Positions 59,168 through 64,000 of a stretch of DNA of 64,000 bases are shown here, piece by piece. The first letter of the stretch is position 1; each line of letters starts with the position of its first letter. The DNA lies in assembly GCA_963826715.1 (NCBI GenBank), contig CAWGYA010000008.1:576001-640000 (forward strand), written 5' to 3'. The position numbers were made by a program, and so were the translations under genes. Below the pieces are notes generated by a model. It was not told the DNA's origin and made no database searches. It was given only the letters and a program-made list of their open reading frames with translations. This stretch comes from Candidatus Bathyarchaeota archaeon. GTDB taxonomy: Archaea > Thermoproteota > Bathyarchaeia > Bathyarchaeales > Bathycorpusculaceae.

Positions 59168-59436
59168 TGTCTACCGTAGCCGACTACGTTTCACGCCTTG
59201 AAGGTACCTGCGGCGCCGAAAGCGATGTTATCGTCAACTTCAAGTACGAAAAAAAAGATGAAGTCATAGCCCACATCCTTAAAAAAGCCACCTTGAAGAA
59301 TACACTAGCGGGAATAATTTTTGAGTTAACTTTTGAGAATGTGTCTTTTCGGCTCTATACCAGCGGCAAAGCCATATTCCGTGGCTTCCGAAGCAAAACA
59401 GAGCTTATGGATTTCTTAGCAAAGCTTTTGCTTTAA
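59167..59436 (+). CDS. Small hypothetical protein coupled to sufS
   Basis: TAATG overlap; CG motif and LYTSGKAIFRG. Confidence 0.7.
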   Translation: MSTVADYVSRLEGTCGAESDVIVNFKYEKKDEVIAHILKKATLKNTLAGIIFELTFENVSFRLYTSGKAIFRGFRSKTELMDFLAKLLL

Positions 59437-59769
59437 TTCAGTTAGATGGTTATTTTTGTTAAGTCTTACTTTAACATTCAATTTGTTGCAAAAAATGAGT
59501 CCTCCAAAAAAAGATTTTCTTGAGTATGTTATATCAGCTGATAAACTTCAGCAAAAACTATTCTATTACCATCCAGGCTTAACTTAAGCGGCATTAATAC
59601 TTAATCAAATTTAGAATCATCCTTTTGAGTGAATAAAAAATTCATTAGCAATTATTAGGTTATCCAAAACTAAATACCAAGAATAAAGGTGAACATATCC
59701 ATAATACGATTTACTTATGGTTATTTTTTTAATCCATCAAGATCCTTTCATGTAGAGTATGCGCTGGTT

Positions 59770-61350
59770 TTAATTTTTCAAGGCGAATTTTACGCGGACT
59801 TTAGTTCTGCTAACCCAGTTTGCTAATGGGAGAAGCTGGTACTTGATAAAATCTGGCATCGAGTCTTTGAGTTCCCGATGCAGCCCCAGTTTAATAGCAA
59901 ACCTCCCCTTTGGAGTAAGGGGAATAAAGTAGCGGGCTACTGGATATTTGACAAAGCCGTTGTTCACTTTGAATTTATCAAGAGAGGGATGATTCCCCAT
60001 TCGTCCATACATTAACCAACGTTCTCTTTTGAATGCACAAACCTCGACCGCTTTGGCTAGGAGCGCATTATTAACAGATTGATCTCGGTACTTCTGCATT
60101 GAAAGGATATTTGAGAGGATGGCGACGTTGTCGCCATGCAGTATCTGGATAAAACCTGCCATTTCCTCACCAATATAGGCACCGATAAAGGTAGATTCTT
60201 TTTCTGCATAAATATTCGCTGACACAGTTTCCATTGTTTCACCGTAATGTGGGAAAGCACGTCCCTGCCTAATCGGCGTTTCATTATAGACCCGATAGAT
60301 ACCTTCAGCTAACTTTTCATTCTGCGGCAAAACTTCTAACTTCACGCCGTCCCGCTCAGCTTTCCGTATTAAGTTGCGGGTTTTTTTTCCAACCAATTTC
60401 ATCCAAGAAAGGTAATCGTTGATTTCGAGCAACGCGATGTTATCTTGCGATTTTACCCATGCCAGTGAGGGCTTAGAAATAGGGCAACACCATCTGCGTT
60501 CGATGAAGGTGAAGACGTCGATTCCTCTTTCACTCAGCTTAGATAGAAAGTATGGAGAAGGATTGATTTTTTTGTGATATTCCCTGAAATCCCGCGCTAT
60601 TTTAACTGAAACCGCCTTACGAATTCTAACCGCCTCTATGTCATTATCGACGTCTAGCATAGTCTTCAATACATCGTAGTAGGCACCTCGTTGAGTTCGT
60701 ACCGTTTGATTAAATAACCAATCAGGATGAATTGACATCACTATATCTTCGTGCACAAAAGTCTCAGTTTCCTTGAGTGCCCCCTCATAACCATATAGAT
60801 AACGTTCTCTATCTAAACTCATGGTTTTAAAGTCATGAAAGGAAATCAACGGAAACTCTTTGGGAATTACTGGCTGGGCTTCGCTGAGTTTGCGTCCCCA
60901 AAGAAGTTGGTTAAGAAATCCTGCGGTTCCATGCATAGTGTAGTACTTAATTTTTCGGTTGGTTTTTTCTTCAAGCATCCGCCACTCACGAAAGGGTTGG
61001 GTTGCCACATGGAGCGCCACTTCATGTCGCACTTCGCCCAACAAATTGAGCAACCTTTGATCAGGAATTGTATAATGAGTAAAAAACCAGTAGGCTTTAA
61101 CTTCTTTTTGGGACTCGTTAATCATTTGTGCAATGATACGTGCATTCTTAAGGTAATCAGTACCTCTTGTACTTTTAACCCGTAGGGCTATGCTCAAGAA
61201 ACTTTTTGGTCTTGAAGTGTAGGGGTAGTCAACGTCAATTCTTAGCGTTATCATTGCATCGTCAATTGTCAACCTATGAGGGCTAATTTTGGTTATAAAC
61301 CCTCCTAATGAGTAAAACTTTTTCCCTCTCTCTATTTTAGGGTCGAACAT
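59770..61350 (-). CDS. Polysaccharide deacetylase-like domain fused to a GNAT (FemAB-like) domain
   Basis: LRIDVD, HEVALH, MHG, IHP; then KKTRNLIRKAERDGV, YGRMG, LDKFKVNNGF. Confidence 0.7.
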   Translation of the reverse strand: MFDPKIERGKKFYSLGGFITKISPHRLTIDDAMITLRIDVDYPYTSRPKSFLSIALRVKSTRGTDYLKNARIIAQMINESQKEVKAYWFFTHYTIPDQRLLNLLGEVRHEVALHVATQPFREWRMLEEKTNRKIKYYTMHGTAGFLNQLLWGRKLSEAQPVIPKEFPLISFHDFKTMSLDRERYLYGYEGALKETETFVHEDIVMSIHPDWLFNQTVRTQRGAYYDVLKTMLDVDNDIEAVRIRKAVSVKIARDFREYHKKINPSPYFLSKLSERGIDVFTFIERRWCCPISKPSLAWVKSQDNIALLEINDYLSWMKLVGKKTRNLIRKAERDGVKLEVLPQNEKLAEGIYRVYNETPIRQGRAFPHYGETMETVSANIYAEKESTFIGAYIGEEMAGFIQILHGDNVAILSNILSMQKYRDQSVNNALLAKAVEVCAFKRERWLMYGRMGNHPSLDKFKVNNGFVKYPVARYFIPLTPKGRFAIKLGLHRELKDSMPDFIKYQLLPLANWVSRTKVRVKFALKN

Positions 61351-62827
61351 CTATGGCATAGCGTGATGCCCCTAAAATTAATCCATTGGAATGGATACCC
61401 AACATGCAAACTTGCCGACCAATTTCATCAACGCCTTCGCCGTACCCGTTAGAATAGCTATAATACATACCATAGAACATCTTCTCGACGTAACTGGACA
61501 TGTTCTTAGCAAAAACTGTATTATAAACGGCGAGGAAACCAAAAGCTACCTTCGTGTAAATAACAGATGAACTGTTGACTACGTTATTCGCGCCGTCCAG
61601 AATTGTCCATGTTCGCCCATCAGACAAAACAACCCATTCCCACTGCCAACTCGAGTCAACCGAGGACCCTTCACCGAAGGCATGATATTTTCCAGTTTGT
61701 TGATAATAGTTTTCGTGCGCTTGATATATTTTATTGACTAAATCTGTTAATCTGTCATTTTGAGGTGTTTCAAAAAAAACACTTAGCAGCACATCACTTG
61801 TAAGGGACGCCTGAGGCAAATTGAGGCCATTGACCGTTACTGTACCTGAAGAATAAATGTTGTCAAGGATATTTGACGTGGCACCCGAAAGCTGCTCTGG
61901 CCAGAAACTTGCAAACCCACTTGCTACATAATACGCATAGATGCTCTTTGACGTCAGGCTTTCAGCTTGTATACTTGGAACCAATCCTTCGTAGTTCGAT
62001 CTGTTATCGTAGACATTGTAAATTAGGTTATTGATACGAGTTGCGTTGATTGGAGAATAATTTCTTAGGTTGTTGTATGCAACAAGTAGTCTACCAGTAT
62101 CAGCGACGTCAACAACAAAATTTGGAACATCAGAGTTATCATGGAAGACCCCTCCGTCATCAGACTGATAAAACCAGTATGGGTAACTTGCATTGTCCAG
62201 TTCACGGGTTTCACAGAAGGTCAAAACTTTATCTATCCTATCATTGAATCCCCATGCACCATCTTTCGTAATTATTCCAATTTTTGAAGCATCTATAGTT
62301 GCTTGAATATAAACTCCCAAATCCCAATCTGTAAAATACGGATAAGCGTTGCCTGATAGTGGAAGTCCAGTTTTGCTGTTGACACCGTATCCTGGTCTTA
62401 AATAGTTCCATGCATTAGCTGCGACCTCCCGCCAAACAGAACTATTCATTGCTTGGGCGCCTTCAATTGGGCCAAGTTTTCTACTGATTATGGCAGAGTT
62501 TATGGTTTTGCCAGCATCTTGGATCAGTTTCCCCAAATCGCCAAGCGGATTGCTTTGGGGAGGTGGAGTAGTGTTTGTTGTTTGCTGAGTTGTTGTGGGT
62601 GTAGGTGTAACAGTTGGCTGTGGCTCTGCTCTGTCCCCCTTAGGAAGAAATGCCACTGTTGGAAGCAAAATCACCGCTATCAAAATAATTGCGATAAGAA
62701 TTTTTTCTTTTCGGTTTAGCTTCCACGTTTTAGGATTGAAAGCACTTCCTTTGTTTTCAGGGATAGGTGGCGTTTGTACTGTTTCTATAATTTTTCTGTG
62801 AAAATATCGAAATTTCCTAAAACGCAC
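61337..62827 (-). CDS. Membrane-anchored DUF3131-like glycoside hydrolase-fold protein
   Basis: TM helix and PT linker; AWNY, TGLP, TDWDLGVYI, DTGRLL, KVAFG, YGEG. Confidence 0.7.
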   Translation of the reverse strand: MRFRKFRYFHRKIIETVQTPPIPENKGSAFNPKTWKLNRKEKILIAIILIAVILLPTVAFLPKGDRAEPQPTVTPTPTTTQQTTNTTPPPQSNPLGDLGKLIQDAGKTINSAIISRKLGPIEGAQAMNSSVWREVAANAWNYLRPGYGVNSKTGLPLSGNAYPYFTDWDLGVYIQATIDASKIGIITKDGAWGFNDRIDKVLTFCETRELDNASYPYWFYQSDDGGVFHDNSDVPNFVVDVADTGRLLVAYNNLRNYSPINATRINNLIYNVYDNRSNYEGLVPSIQAESLTSKSIYAYYVASGFASFWPEQLSGATSNILDNIYSSGTVTVNGLNLPQASLTSDVLLSVFFETPQNDRLTDLVNKIYQAHENYYQQTGKYHAFGEGSSVDSSWQWEWVVLSDGRTWTILDGANNVVNSSSVIYTKVAFGFLAVYNTVFAKNMSSYVEKMFYGMYYSYSNGYGEGVDEIGRQVCMLGIHSNGLILGASRYAIDVRP

Positions 62828-62974
62828 CCATTTTTTCCCTCAATTTATTTAACGATAACTCTTCTATTGATTTGTAAACTAAAGACAGATCAATAAATCA
62901 CCAATTTCGATTTAAAGCTATTGCTAATTTCTCTTTAATGCCATTTAACCATAAAGTACAGTGCACCAGGACAA

Positions 62975-63991
62975 TCAAGTTTCCATTACTATTTTTAGGT
63001 GTTGCCAAATACCATTTTCGAAATTATCAGGAGTCAACGCCTCAATTCTGTGCCACAGTTCCCTTCTCATAACATCCCAGCTTGGATTATTCATATTAGT
63101 AACTATTTTCTGTTTTAAATCATCATAAGTGTTCCAGCGGAATGCCTCAGGGATAAACTCTCTCATACCGCCGCTGTCATGAACCAAAGTAACGCATCCG
63201 CTTGCCAACCCCTCAACTGGTGCAATACCGAAGTGTTCGGCCTCCATAAGATGTACATATATACGACTGTCATGGAGGATCTTGAGGAGTTCTGGTCCTG
63301 GCAGGTTGGGTTTGACGACATAGTTTCGGGGAAGGTTCTGGGAGAAATTTTCAAACCATTTTTTCTCTGCGTCTATCAAACCACCAACGCTAATGAAGTC
63401 GTATGCCGGCAAATCCAAAGCCAGTTTTTTGAGTATTTCGTGTCTTTTTATGGGGATAAAGCGCGCGGTATAAACAACTCTCTTCCGACGGGTTTCCAAA
63501 GATGTTTCACACCAGAATAAATGTAAATTAATCGGCGGATAAACTACAATAGGTTCTTTCACTCCATAGCTTTTCCAATAACGTATTATTGCTTCCTTCG
63601 TGTATTCGCTGTTGCAAAACACAAGGTCCAGCTTGCCAATACCCTGCTCAACCCAATGTTTAAACAGCCACAAGTACAGTTTTCTTTTAAATGCTCCTTT
63701 GGCGTAGTCAAAATGGATTTCTGGAAAATGAACATACGCAAAGTTCTTTCTGGCCTGGTTTAAGAAAATTGGTTCAAAGGGTGAAGATGATTGTGTAGAG
63801 AAAAGATAATCATATTTTAAAACATCACGATATCTTTTGAGAAGTCTAACTAAGTTGCGGTGTCGCTTATAAATGGTGAAGGGTGGTTCAACTTCTATAC
63901 GTTTCCCCAACGAGTGGATATGAACTTCTTTAGGAAATTCATCACCTACTATTTCCTTGTACCTTTCAGAGTCAAAATCAAAAGTTAACAA
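62975..63991 (-). CDS. Glycosyltransferase family 4 (ALG11-like); 5' end probably outside the window
   Basis: YVHFP, NSEYT, VVYPP, RFIPIKRHE, EHFGIAPVEGLASG, HDSGG. Confidence 0.9.
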   Translation of the reverse strand: MLTFDFDSERYKEIVGDEFPKEVHIHSLGKRIEVEPPFTIYKRHRNLVRLLKRYRDVLKYDYLFSTQSSSPFEPIFLNQARKNFAYVHFPEIHFDYAKGAFKRKLYLWLFKHWVEQGIGKLDLVFCNSEYTKEAIIRYWKSYGVKEPIVVYPPINLHLFWCETSLETRRKRVVYTARFIPIKRHEILKKLALDLPAYDFISVGGLIDAEKKWFENFSQNLPRNYVVKPNLPGPELLKILHDSRIYVHLMEAEHFGIAPVEGLASGCVTLVHDSGGMREFIPEAFRWNTYDDLKQKIVTNMNNPSWDVMRRELWHRIEALTPDNFENGIWQHLKIVMET

Positions 63992-64000
63992 TTCAACATC

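Noticed and set aside
1-64000. CRISPR array, rRNA or IS transposase
   Set aside because: No regularly spaced repeats, rRNA-like sequence or transposase motifs seen by eye; short or degenerate cases could be missed

Overview
Archaeal chromosome segment, most likely Bathyarchaeia (inferred from a/eIF2-gamma, S6e, S3ae, class I LysRS, Hel308, CofD and secreted PQQ-like beta-propeller proteins). Housekeeping genes and two tRNAs (Glu-TTC, Arg-GCG) surround a ~17.1 kb integrated element (13431-30579). The element is bounded by a ~118 bp imperfect direct repeat that begins in the 3' end of a protein-coding gene (UPF0147) rather than a tRNA. It carries a Zn-ribbon tyrosine integrase, a primase-polymerase/P-loop ATPase replication protein, a divergent RHH/wHTH pair, a type III restriction-modification locus, a decayed virus-like HTH-ParB-ABC ATPase-GNAT module and an AsnC-repeat/HEXXH protein. 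The strongest signal is in the apparently empty 22.86-24.24 kb stretch. It is the 5' ~70% of the type III methyltransferase gene, destroyed by dense, strand-specific loss of coding-strand G (+ strand C): no CC dinucleotide occurs for ~1050 bp, while the 3' end of the gene and the res gene are intact. This is either a localized strand-coordinated hypermutation event or a read-level artefact, and raw reads would decide. All protein calls come from manual motif recognition, with no database searches.
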